This document shows positions 36,305 through 49,315 of a stretch of 64,000 nucleotides of DNA, piece after piece. The DNA comes from Catajapyx aquilonaris. Taxonomy: Eukaryota. Below the pieces are notes generated by a model, which did not search any database, was not told where the DNA came from, and was given only the letters and a program-made list of their open reading frames with translations. Where the stretch lies: positions 1-64,000 of the forward strand of contig KZ538119.1 in NCBI GenBank assembly GCA_000934665.2, in the 5' to 3' direction. The position numbers and the translations under genes were made by a program. Within the stretch, counting starts at the first letter, position 1, and the number at the start of each line of letters is the position of its first letter.

Positions 36305-37367
36305 AGGCAGTCTGTTTTCTCATTTCTTTCAAACAACCTGGACTCTTGCCCAGCCAACAATAATAAACTCTGGCAGGAAGCAGCCGAGACGCATTTTCTG
36401 AAAAGGGAAGTCCTTTTTGAACTCGCCCAAAGCAGGCTTCTGGGGCTTTGCCTTTATAAACACAAGTTGCCATAAAGGTGTGATGCTTGCAAAATTTCTG
36501 AGCATTTGTAAAGCACCAATTTCAGCACAGTCATACTGTATTTTGATCCTGAGGGCTTTGACCGATTGCATCAACATTAACATTGATGTAAATTAACTGG
36601 CATTTTCAATGGTCCTGAATACTTGTATCCATTTATTTATCATTGTGAGGAAATGTTTGTGTTACGCTAAGTGGAACCTTTTTTCACTCATGCATTATAC
36701 GAGTATAACTACTCTCTTTGTAGGAAAATAAAGCCACAATAAAATTAATATCATGCCCTTTTGGGTGAAGGTGCTAAATTCTGTGTATTGCAGGGAAGGG
36801 AGATGGGCAAGGTCTCGACTCTGAGATAAAAGTTGTCAATAGCAATTTGCTGCAATCAATCAATTTTAAGGTTTCTGAGGTACAGTAGGAAATGGTGCAA
36901 ATTAAAATCAAGGAGTAACTTCTGCACTATTTATTACTGACAATGACAATTACAAGTTACATTAACTCAGTGCAATGAACACGGCTTATCCACAATTCTG
37001 ACACCATGTCATTATACCTGCAAAATATCCAGGAGACCTCTGGCACTTCTTTTGCTGCTGATGAGTATCACAGGTTACAGAAATTGGGGAGAAATGAAAA
37101 ACAAAGTCATGACAACCTTCAGCATTTCACCTGCTGTGGTGGAAAGCAGGTGCAGTTCATTTTTAAGCGGGGCTAATAAATGCTGGTGCAGCAGTCCAAA
37201 CAAAAAAGGGGCAACAGAGTATAAATAGTTAAGAGGCAGCTCTGTCCTACACAACAAAATGAGAGATCAAGTCCTGGCAATACAGCAAAATTGTCTCTCT
37301 CCCACACTGCGTTCAGAAAAAGTCAAATGTATCTGAGGTGGACTTGTACTCACTCCCCCTTGCATTC

Positions 37368-40300
37368 TCACTTCTTGACCTTTTTCTTCTTTTCCTTCTT
37401 TGCTTCTTTGGTCGTCTTTGGTTCCTCCACTGCTTTAGTTTCCTCTGGAGATGCTTCAGGTTGGGCCAAAGGCGCCTGAGGGACCTCCATGTGCTGTTCA
37501 ACTGGAGGCGCCCCATCTGCAGCCATGACAATGGGAGGTGCTCCATCTGCAGCCATGACAATAGGCTGCCCAGGATTTGCAACAATCACTTCATCCTCCA
37601 TCTTAGCTTCCTCTTCCTTCTTAATCTCTACCTCCTCCTGTGGGTCTTCTTCCTTCTTAGCCTGAACCTCAGATTCCTGGTCACCAGTGGCACCATTCAC
37701 TGCTTCTCCTGAGACATTGGAAGAGTCAGCAGGGGCCATTTCCACACTAGGCTGTGCCTCCAATCCCTCCACCTTTCCCGGGGGTACCTCAACAGTGGCT
37801 TGTGCAGCCTCTGTAGTTTCCTCCATTGGTGCCTCTGCAGCGGATTCCTGCTTCTTCCCAGTAGCTCTGGCTTCAAGCAGGCTGATGCACCTGTTGACAC
37901 TCCGAATGGTATTTCTCCTTGCCTGGCGGACATCATCCCTTCCTTCAGTGTCAATGTTGTCCAGCTTCAGGAGGTCACGAGTCAACATCTCATCCAGGAA
38001 CATGAAAGTCTTATCCTTTCGCCCTGTTCCGAGTGGGTGCTGCTCAACCTGTGAGAGAAAATTTCCCATGTTGAATCCTACTGAATGGGAATGTTTTGTG
38101 TCACAACAATTACTCTTAACAATGTGTAAGTACTCTGATCTTATGAGGCTTAATTTAAATCGATTATAAACCTGTCTTCCTCAGGTTGGCAAGAGTGACT
38201 TGTGTAAGTAGGAACTGGATCTTGGATCGTAACAGCTATCACGCACATTCCGTGAACTGACCTGTGTCATGAGACTTTCAATATCTTTCTGCACTGCCTC
38301 CACCTGGACCATGGGGTCCACCTTGGCTTTTCGAGGTGGTGGTGATGGCTCCTTGAATTCATCATCTGAAGGCGATGGTGGTGCCTGCTGATTCTGTTGC
38401 TGCTGCTGTTGTTGTGGTGGTGGTGGTGGTGGTGGTGGCGGTGGCGAATGCTGCTGCTGGGGTGCAGCTGCAGGCCTCGGTGACTGAGCCCTCGGGGAAT
38501 TTGCCCTAGGGGGTGGCTGAGGTGCCTGAGGGAATGCTGGTTGCTGCCACTGTGGCTGTTGTTGCCACTGAGACTGAGGCTGCTGTGGCTGCTGCTGCCA
38601 CTGTGGTTGATGGGGTTGCTGCCACTGTGATTGGGGTGGCTGCTGCCGTTGTGGCTGTTGCTTCTGCTGCCAATGTTGCTGTTGAGAGAAGGGATCTGGT
38701 GGTGGCTGCTGTTGGAACGTGGGATTCCTTGGAGAATGTGGCCTCTGCTGGGGTGGGGGAGGTGTCTGGTACTGAGGTGGTGGCTGGAAGTTAGGAACCT
38801 GAAAATTATGTCAACATGATTACATTATTAGCTAGTAAAAGACACCACCCTGGCAACCAGCTGGTAAAAAGTAATTGAAACAGGACTGATTATTATGAAT
38901 AGAAACAACACATCATGAAGATTAATAGTCTTAAGTTGGGCATTGGATGTATTTTGCATTAACTGCCTGCATAGAAAACCACATGTGAATGTGCAAATTT
39001 AACATGCACAAAGGAGTCAGAATTTTGTATTAATTGTCCATTGAACAACATGTGAAGGCATCAGTAATTAATAAAATTCAAAACTACACCAAAAGACACC
39101 ACCAAGACCCCTTTTCAATTAAGTGAATGAGGAACTTCATGAGATGCACTTTGAACATGGACAGAACAGTATAACTTGTGTGTCCAACCTTTCAAATTAG
39201 CCCCAGGAATCCACTAATCCACTATTTCAAATTAGACATAAGTATGCCACTACCAATGAAGTGCATTTCCTAAGCATGTCTCAAAGGCCACTGTGATCAT
39301 CAGCAACACATGGGAAATAAATCGGTCATGGAAACTCCCTCTAGAGAGCTTTAGTTTTTAATTCCAAATGTATAGTCAATGAAATAATTTATCCACGAGT
39401 TGTGCACCCTTGTAGAGCTACAAATCGAGTTTTTATACACAGAGGACACTTCAAAGTAACCTTCACCAATTCCTCACAGTGAGTGTGCAAATGGTGAGTT
39501 ACTTGGAGTAAGCTTGGGCAAACGCTTGACGGTCACTTGACTCACCTCTGGTGGGAAGGTCGACTGCTGCTGAGGCGGGGGGTCTTTAGGATACACTGGA
39601 TCACTCCGACCTTCCACAAATATTGGGATATGCCTGATGTGACCACCAGCTCCCTGCTGCTGCTGGTTTGCTTGCGCCTGCGGCTTTGGAGGCGGTATGG
39701 GTGGTTTCCCTGATTGTGAGGTAGGGCCATTCTCACTTGGGAGATACTCTGGTTGCACTGGGTTGATCTCTATTTTGGAAACAAATCTCTTTGGAGGCTG
39801 CTGGGCTTCCTCTGGCTGCTGGGCACTGTTTTCTTCTGTGGGGCACTGGGGAGGAGCCGAAGAAGCGCGGTTTGCCCGGCCATCACCTTGCTGGCCCAGG
39901 AGAGAAGAGTTAGGGGCAGTGGCACTCCTAGCCAGCTGCTCTGGAGGGGGCTGGTAGTGATTGGGAGAGCCAGGGGCAGGTCCAGGCCCAGGGTGGACCT
40001 GAGAGTGAACTGGTGGGTGCTCTTGCAAGTTTTCACCAGTTGGTGGCTGATGTGGACCTCCCCGGGCATCAAACTGGGGCTGTTGCTGTTGTTGTTGGGG
40101 CATTCCTCCTTCGTCTCCAGCATAGAATCCTCCAAATGGACTCCTGGAGGACCCAGGTCTATCCCGGAATGGCCTGGGGAATCCAGACCTACCAATGCTG
40201 TTGTAATGCCTCTTAATGGCATCTTCAAATTCATCTGGCCAATCCTCCCTCACGCGATCTGGAAATCTTCCAGCTGCTCTTGTCCCAAAATCCCAGTCAG

Positions 40301-43300
40301 TGGGGAAGTCATCCATCATCCCAGCCTACAAATGAAGTTCAAATTTTAATCATACATATACAAATTTGTCGACAGTAGTACAAATAATAAGTCGGTCGTC
40401 CGTTCCCAGCTGCACTGTGGCAATGTTATTCAACAACTGAAACATGCCACACCTCGAACCAACACGGTCATAAGGCATATAAGGCGATCTACGTCCTAAG
40501 TCCATAAATTCATATTTTTAATTGCATTGCTGCTCAGGTCGGCAGCGTCATCCAGAGGCTCTCGCAGGCTCTGGGCACGATCCAATGTAAACAATTCGGA
40601 GGTTGCGCATGACGCAAATAATTGCTTCCCACGCAACACATATACATGCATCCCAGGTTTCACCTGCAGTACTCCGTAGGGACTCGAAACAACCCTTGCG
40701 TGAAGAACGCCTACAAATTAGACCAAGCCTTAGGGAGAGATACAGGACTTCACATTCCAGCTGTATCAACGAAGATTGAGGTGAAAGAGGGGACTTTGAG
40801 CCAGGCATGTTAAGTGCCACGAAGGAAAAACACCTGATTACCAGCCGGCTTTCTTAGGAATGGCACTTGGAAGTGTCATGTTGATGCAAGGTGGGCGAGG
40901 GTACCACGTTGCTTCCCACGCGCATGACCTCACACCTTGCGACACCCATTTACGGATATATCAGCAAATGAATGACTCTTATCATTTTCGTCACGTAAGA
41001 CTGTATTCCTGGTACTGTTATGCCATAATGTACTGTTATAATAGGGGCTGTCATGTTTTGAAGGTCTTTCCTCAAACCGACCTGACTTGATCACATGCTT
41101 CAATAGCACAAAGTCAGTTCCTGTATTGTCAAATCTCCCACATTCGTCGAAGGGCGGATACTGGGAATACTGGGAAACTGTCCACAAGTGTCTAGTTCAA
41201 GCAGGTGAATGATAAGTTATGGGTTACTTACCCCAGCAACCAAATAACCAATGCAAAGAGAAGCAGCACTCATGACACGTCATAGTCGCTCAATTTCTTT
41301 TCTTTCAACTGGTTTTGGGAATAAACAATCAATTACGTCATCCCCTACTCTTGAGTGCAGTGCACCATCTCATAAAAATATTATTATAAGGTATCGCCTC
41401 AATATTTGAAGGTTACTGGTAAGTTCCTCAATAATAATCAGCTTACGACACTAGAGTGACAAACTGACTAACTTATGTGCGAGCACCGCAAATCCTTCTC
41501 TTTGCGTTATAAAGGTCCACGATACTTAAAACGTGACCGCCACGGTGCTTGCTGCCTGAGTGACAGTAATTCTGGGAAGCACCTTGGCCCCATTTCCTCT
41601 TTTCGTTCCACTCCCCTGCACTTACAAGGGCATACACATACCGCACCATTATTATGCCTTCTGTGCGGAATTCACATGGATCAGCAGCTCACTTATTTAA
41701 CCTCATCTCTCAAAATACGTCCCAATTGGTGAAAACCAATTCGCACCTATTGGCCATGATTTCAGACAAAGTAATCCCCCGAAGACAAACTGGCTCTCCG
41801 AAGGGCACTCCCTGTGTGGTTGACCTCAGAGGCGGCGTCCGAGTGCTTTATATGGGCATGGTGTAAGGATTACGTGTTGGTTGGCCCACATGCAACGTCC
41901 AGGTGACGCGCCCCCCTCACCCTCCCCCATAACCTGCAAAACTGCTGACCTCCTCAATGACCGTCACGACTCTGGCCTAAGGGCACTTACGTAACCTTCG
42001 ACCACCAAGACGCAAAAAAGGGAGGAAGGGTGGACCGAAAGGGCTGAAGAAGCCAACAGGGAGGAGACCCTCTTTTACCCAAAGGATCTTACATAACTCT
42101 CCCTATCCGCGCAGTACACCCAAACCCGACCAAAAACCATGTCAAAAAATGGTACGCACCCCTTGAGCCGAAGCTACATCCTGCGGCATAAAACCCGCGA
42201 ATTCCATCCTGGGATCCAGATCTGTCCTCCTAACTGTCAAAAACCTTCACGAATGTATACAGTACACCCGCAAATGCACCTGTGTCAACCTGTGGCAAGT
42301 CACTGGGCTCCTTCGGCCCTGAGCAACCAGTATTTATAGAGGTTGGTGCAAAGAAGCTGCGCGGTGAAAGGAACCAACCAGCACATGGAAAATCGCACCC
42401 ACGCGCTCACCTACTCTCTCAAGAGACCGGCCTATGATGCCGAACAGCGCTCCGACCTAGCACGTAGACGCGCCGTACACGTCACAGCATGTAGGATGAA
42501 TCACGCTCTCAAAAGGCATCGCTTATATGGAAACCACATGACATTCCAGGCTATTCTCCACGCTTCTATAGAAACATGTTTAAAAATGTGCATTCGGCAA
42601 ATACTGTGCGTGACGTGGTCAGCACTATTATTGTGAAGCGGAAACTCCCTATTATTTCTGATGCTGTAAGACAAGTGGCCGTACCAGCTGCATCCCTGCC
42701 CTCCACCCAATTAGATGGACCGTGCCCTCTCTCCCTGAAGCGAATCTTCGAGGGTCCTGGCGACTCATTCCCGATTTAGCTCCTTGGCTGGGAGAGAAGA
42801 TGACGAAACTGGTGGAATGTTGCTTTGCTTTATTTCTTGGCCGTCTTGGCCAGGCAGGATGCCAGTACATGCGCCTTCAAAACTACATTTCGCATAGGTC
42901 CCACCGATATATACTGACACCCACCGACATACGCGGGAGGTGTCGTGCTTGCAGGGCGTGTGTTAGGACATGTTCCCCAGCTAATTACCTCGCCTGCACG
43001 CGACGACACGGACTGTTTACCAACCCAAAGTTGTATTCATTCAACCATTCTCTCGACTTCAATCCGGTCGACTTACGTAGTCTGTCATCTCCGTATCCCG
43101 TATCAGATTCATGCCAAAAAATGCTGCTAAGAATTCGGTGTGCGGCATGCTGTCCAAGAATTCCATGAATACTCCTCTATAATACTCGTACAGAACCCCC
43201 TGCCAAATAGTTTACTGGCCTCAAATATTATATTTAACTGCGCTGGAGCAATTTCTCGGCATTGTGTGACTCTATCAGCAAGTCTCTTAATGGGTGATTC

Positions 43301-46300
43301 CAGAGCTGTAATGGCAGGAAAAGCCTCGCTCGAAGGCTACCCTATACAGTGCGATTTAATGTTTCTTCCCACAGTACTCCTCAGTCGGTCAGCAGCTACT
43401 TCCCTCAATATTGTGTTAACCTAGTATGCACCACCGACAACCGCTATGCGGTACAGAAAATCCATACTGTAAGAGGTGCAAAGCCGTATTTCCGGAAGAA
43501 CAATAGTATGTGCCGTGATTTTGAATGCAATAGTTTCCCAGTTGGGTTACCGTAAGTGGTACGAACATTTCAATTGCCCACTTTCTTGTGCCTAATTAGG
43601 TGTCGAGTTTGACTTGGAATAAATGATGCTTGAACTGACGTCGCTGTCAGGGGAAGTGGGATACAGCTAAGTAGGCAACGTGGCATTTCCTTTTAATTGA
43701 CCTCCTTCATGGAGTCGGTTGGCTTCGATTATGTTTCTTCTCCTCACGCCCACAACTTGGGCCCAGGCAAAATACTTGGCAACTGACACCCTTGCTGTCC
43801 TCAATAAACCTATAGCTTCCACCATTGCCTTATTGCACAAAAATCCACCTACTTAACGCTTTTGAAAAAGAAAAAAAAATCTACCCGTGCCAATCGGCTG
43901 GAGGGGAAATTAAAGTAGGTCTTCTATGTTACTGTCTGAAACAACTAAAATAACACGTATTTGCACACATTCCCAGCTCTGTAATGGCTCAAACCATCCT
44001 CAATTCTTTTGAATGATTGCCAGGACATTAAAAATATACTCTTCGCCTACATTACTGAAGGAAACCGGTATCTCTACGAGGCCAAATGAAACACTGCACG
44101 ATGAAAGGCCGCTCCAGATAAGTCCCCGAAGATTGATGAGAAATGAAACGCTTCCGACTTCTTGCGATCACTGATGTCTGATCGCAATATTATTATAATA
44201 ATAATAATTCATACCCCGTTATCAGCCTATCGGCTTTTTAGGGGGGAAGTTTTGTTTTGCCTGGAACTCTTTGCTTTCATTTTACTGCGCTTTTTGGGAT
44301 AGGATAGGGACGCAAGGAAGCGGCTGTGGCCTATTAATTACGGAAGCAACTCCGGAATTTTCCTGGAAGGACCGTGGGAAACCACAGAAAACCACGGTCA
44401 GAGTTGCCGGCCCCGGGATTCGAACCCAGGACCTCCCGATTAGCAGTCGGACGCCTTATCCACTATGCCAACCTGCTTCGGTGATCGCAATATTATTATC
44501 AGTTCCTTAATAGACTGGCTGAATTGTTCAGCAAATGTTTACAAATAAAAATATAATGACCTGCTGAACAACCTTTCCTGGCATTTCGACCTCATTCTGC
44601 TTACACAAGATCAACGCCGGGTCGTGATCCAAAGTGTGAAAGGTCTCGCTTTAATTATACAGCCCCCTTTGTTTCTCAGGCTCCCCAACACTTGACATTT
44701 CCAGAGCGCCATTCGTAAAATCACTTATCTACTCAACTTTCACCCAGTGCATTTCATGCTTTCGCTTCACCACACATTCCACACCATGCAGCATCACTAT
44801 TATTACCCTATTACTCTACGATCCGAAAATTTGAGCCGTTAGAAAAAGGGCATGCCCTTTCGTTCCTTGGCACGCAACCAGATGCAATATAAAATATGCC
44901 ATGGCACATAAAGTTCAGAAGTCCTACGCTTATTCTAACCTGTCAGCTTTGAAATGACGGTGCATGTACCGCGGTCTGGCCCATGGATCCTCCCTGGCAA
45001 CCTTTTACGTTCACATCAGAGCATCATCATTCACGTGATGCCTTAAAGTGGGTGGGAAATCCCAGCTTCCCCCGCTCAAAGTTATATTTGAAGTCGTTAT
45101 TTTGGAGACGGCCATTGCGGCTACAACCCGAGGCGAATGACACTCATGCGATACCGCTGGATGGCCTACTACGTCATACCCGGAATTGTCTTTCTCAAAG
45201 AGCTAATTCGGATACCCACGCCGGCTGTCTCCTATCCAGTATCGCTGTCTTGTATCTCCGTAGTGAAAGCACGCGTTCGGTTTACAAAGTGGAAAGATTA
45301 ATCTGTCTGAGAAATGAGGGGGCGGTAATGCAAAAAAATAAACGAAGTACCGGTGTATTGTCAAGAATGAATACTCAAGACCTGTAATTGCATTCCTGCA
45401 ACAACATTTTCGCAACACCACAGCATCTGTGCCAATGTGTAGTGTACCAACTCTTACGCCAAGTTTGACTTCTGTGTGCCTTTGTCACATCCATTTACTG
45501 TTTGTTTATTGCGCAAAAGGCGCGCTTGTTCCAAGTACTTCCAACAGGGGCATTGTATATTTTTAGGGACCCAGACATAATTTTCTGCATAATTTTGATT
45601 AAATTTGCACTAGTTACAACCCAACACCTGCTTTAGATTTGGATCACGACCAGCACATACCTATATACAATGTACAGTATACTGTGCACCCAAACCATAA
45701 TGCATGTTATGTCGAACCCTCAATCCTTTTTTTAAATTTAGAATTTCCGTCCCAAATTCCCCGAAATCCATAAATCTGAATACACTTCCACCACAGATCT
45801 ATCGCAACTTCCAAGACCCCATTCAAAAGCCATTTCCCATCGCAAAAACAGGTTAGCCTACTTTCTGTTTGGCCCGGTTTGGCCCAACAAACACTGCGTG
45901 GGCCAAACCATTTCAAATAGGTCCAGGGTAGGACAGCTCAAACAAATATGAATCTATCTCGCCCCTGAAATGGAAGCTTGCACTACTGGATGCCACCAGT
46001 ATGTAGGACTCTGCGTGATTTTCTGTCTCACCCCAACCAGAAGATCAATTGGTGGTACCAAGGAGGACCGAGCTGTCAAGTGTCAACCCAATTGTTTTTT
46101 TTAAAAAAAGCAGATCCACTAAGGTCTCAGCACGTCCTTCTAAAGGACGTCTGGGCAGTTACTATAGTTACCCAAGGTGCGAGAGTTCCTGAACGGCGCA
46201 ATAACATGTAGGTAAGCTCATATATGGGCATTGCAGTACACACGTGCCTTATAACTGCTTGCAAGGCCACGAGAACAACCAACTCATGTACATAACACGT

Positions 46301-47407
46301 CATGCAAATTAGCATGAAAATTGAGCCACTCATTGGCGATGCTATGCAGTCATGCATGCAATATATTACGTAAAGAAAATCGGTACACTCTGGGTCAAAC
46401 ACGGTTTGATAGTGATGAATCATGAACCAGAACAGCTCCCATTCGTTTGCCAATTTGTTCCATCCGCTCCTCGTTTTCTCTGGCGTCAGGAGATTGGGTT
46501 ATTGCCACACTATAAATCAGATGATGGCCAGGCTCGGCCCATAATAAGGTGGTTCAAATTTTTATTAATAGCGGAATAGCAGTCAAGCGCTCTAATTAGT
46601 GCTCAGCAGAAAGGAACATCGTAATGATGTTATGCAATTTTAATTTCGTGCAACTACATCAGAAATTAATTTATTCCGAAGGGCGCAAATAATTACGGCG
46701 GAAAGGTTTAACGCGCACAAGGATTACACGGAATGAACTCAATTTTTAGTCGTGGTTCTTTCGCCATAATATGAACGTGACTCTCACATTTCGACGAGGT
46801 AAGCCATGAATATGTTTGGACATTTCAATTAATAAATGCCGGCATTTTGTTGTGTATGACTCACGGGCAAGGTGACCTTCCCGCCAGTTTTGTCTCCGGA
46901 TTAACCGGACGTGAGAAAGAGAAATCAATATTAAGGCTCCAATTCATCGCAATGTCACGTGAGCAAGTACAGACACGGAATAACGCCATACATCTCCCGT
47001 CTGACATATTTTTTTTTGCAGGTCAAGTACAGCATGATTCAATAAGTCTAGTTAGTTACAAATATCCCAACGAATGCCGGAAGATGTCTGACTCATACTC
47101 TTTTTTTATTTAATGAAATGGTATGATATGACAATAAATGATTTGCTAATGGCTACCTGATGGCTACACTGGCTTGCGTAATTATTTTGTCAGTCATTCT
47201 ATAAAGATGACCAAATAAGTTTGTGCTCACCCTTTGGAAGGAGGGTGTCCTGGCGGATGATGAGGATGAGAAGGCGCTGGGTCCGAAGAACATGTCCTTT
47301 TCCTTCTGGACCCTCTCCCGAAAATCCTTGAGTATCTCGTCACTGCTCTTTCCTCTCAGCCTGTCCGACAGACGCGACGACGACGACGGCTTACCTTCGA
47401 ACGACAT
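37368..47407 (-). CDS. BAG-domain Hsp70 co-chaperone, BAG3/starvin-like, ~724 aa, 4 exons
   Basis: Exons (minus): 47407-47231, 40325-39546, 38798-38262, 38048-37368, all phase 0. It has Pro/Gln-rich regions, the IPV-like motif HIPIFVEGR, and a BAG domain (PMVQVEAVQKDIESLMTQVE...FLDEMLTRDLLKLDNIDTEGRDDVRQARRNTIRSVNRCISLLE). The tail is acidic and ends in KKEKKKKVKK. Confidence 0.88.
44197..44482 (-). mobile_element. tRNA-derived SINE, family 1, copy 2
   Basis: Same sequence as 8525-8805 with few differences; (TTA)n tail; TSD gatcgcaatattattat on both sides. Confidence 0.9.
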
Positions 47408-47433
47408 AATGTGCTCCTGCCCACGCGACTGGC

Positions 47434-47557
47434 TTTATAGGTAAGCTTTATAGGTAAGCTATTGCTCCTCCCCTCCCACGCGCGCACTGGCCGCACCGAC
47501 CACCTGACCCCGGGGCCTGCCTCGAGGCAACTGGAACCCGCTGGAAACTTCCCGAAT
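47434..47557 (-). promoter_or_regulatory. Heat-shock-type promoter of the BAG gene: perfect HSE plus duplicated TATA box
   Basis: gGAAacTTCccGAAt at 47543-47557; TATAAA (minus strand) at 47447-47452 and 47434-47439 within a 13-bp tandem duplication; ATG at 47407. Confidence 0.7.
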
Positions 47558-47559
47558 TT

Positions 47560-48200
47560 ACCCCGGCAGTTCGGACGGACTCCCGGCAGGTGGCGGGCCA
47601 ATTGCGCACACATCGGAGTCCGGCACGTGTCGCGCCATCTCTTGCCACCGACCACAACTAGAGGAACTGACAATAAAAATATTTAGCGACAAAACAAGCG
47701 TAATTACTTTATCAATTGAAAGTGTTGCTGGTGCATGATCGCAATTAGACTTGTGCGTGTGTTGTGGGTGGGATGTGACGTCGGTGACGTCACTCTCTTG
47801 GTCTGATTGGGCCCGGAAAGGACCGTCCTTCCCTCTGCCAAAAGGGCCCGATCTGAGGCCCACTCTTTCGGCGGCCGTGGCGACGGTTCATCGCTGCCTG
47901 GGAGCTGGACAAGGTAATATTTGCACTGGTTGTGGTCCGGTGGCTGTGGGCGAACCCTACCTTCCGGCCCGAAGTGCCTCTTGCCCCGGGCTGGGTCTAC
48001 GATTGCTCGCTGTGGGCGGCCGTAGGTGCGACGACCTACTTTTGAGGTCAAATAGAGTTGGGTGTATTTATTGCGGGGTATTCGTGCATGATGGCGGCGC
48101 ATCTCGGGCCTATTTGGTGCGGGGCTAGTCTGATGGGTGCGGGTTGCCTGGTTGTGCAGCATGCCCATCATCCGTACGGGGAAGGTACGGTGCTCGAGGG
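47560..48200. promoter_or_regulatory. CpG-rich divergent promoter region between the BAG gene and the zinc-finger gene
   Basis: CpG/GC-rich; tandem TGACGTC (CRE-like) at ~47777-47792; ATTGG (CCAAT box) at ~47806; candidate plus-strand donor AAG|gtaata at ~47911. Confidence 0.55.
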
Positions 48201-49315
48201 TACTCTTGGTGCTGGGCAACTGCATTTTATTGTCTGATTGAGGGTTGCCAATCTGCGGGGAAGGCCAGGGGTGCCAACATGGGGAGGTTTGCCAGTCGGC
48301 ACATGTGGTCTTCAGGATGGACGAATTTTAAAAGTGTTACAAGACCGGTGGTATCAGTGGTAAAATCTCCCAGTGTGAATTTTAAAACGATGTTACACAT
48401 AATTGGAGATTTTTAAAATTTGATTTGCATAATAATATGGATTCTAACATGAACCATGGGTGTCTGCGCTTGTTATTGATTCAGCCAGATAGTGATACTG
48501 GGGGCATCGCAACCCTTTAGTTCCTACATGTAGTTTAATTAGTGAAACTCGTGCGTCGTGCCTGATGTGATGCCAGTCCTAGTCTCTGCTGAATAATTTA
48601 AAAGCATCACATTTTTTTCTGAGATGTACATGAAAATGAATGCTGCAGTAGCTTCATGATGACTTGGGTCAGTCAACTTGAGACTCCGCCTGACAGTTTT
48701 TGAAAGCATAGCCCTTTCATACGCTCTGCAATGCAGCTAAATCCATATGCCTAATAGTCAGAGAAATAGAAATAGAGTAATGAATTGGTGGGGAGTGGGG
48801 ACATAGACTTGCCTGGCATGATTTACAGGTCCAGAGCAAGGTGGTCCAGAGTTATGTGGCTAGTGTACATGGTTAATGGCACATTTTGGCAATGACAACA
48901 TATACAGAATACAGGGTGATTCAGTACCACTTCCCAAGTTCACAGTCCAAGAGCAGGGAGCATATACTACATGTAGTATATGCTCCCTGCCAAGAGGATG
49001 AAAGGGGAGCTGTTATAGATTGTTCACCCCCAGCAACGAGTTTAAAAAGAAGCAACAATATTACTGCCACATTCATTTGTTACAGTTGAAGCCTAAAACT
49101 TTTCCCATACCAAGTTTCCAAACCCCAAGTCTGGGTGCTAATGCGGGTATTGTACAAAAGTATTGCATCATTTGGAGTTTCAAAACCTGATGTGCCCATG
49201 CACTCCCAACAGAATGTGACTAGGGCATCCCTACCTACTACCATTGGTACCGTACATCAAAACTACATCCTATAATTGCCCCCTAATTGCCCCATGTACC
49301 AGCTGCCATAAAATA

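Noticed and set aside
38513..38794. Ala/Val-rich 93-aa plus-strand ORF
   Set aside because: Antisense shadow of the Gln/Pro-rich BAG exon 3.
47356..48416. Several overlapping 70-170 aa ORFs on both strands
   Set aside because: Expected by-product of a GC-rich bidirectional promoter; no domain signal.
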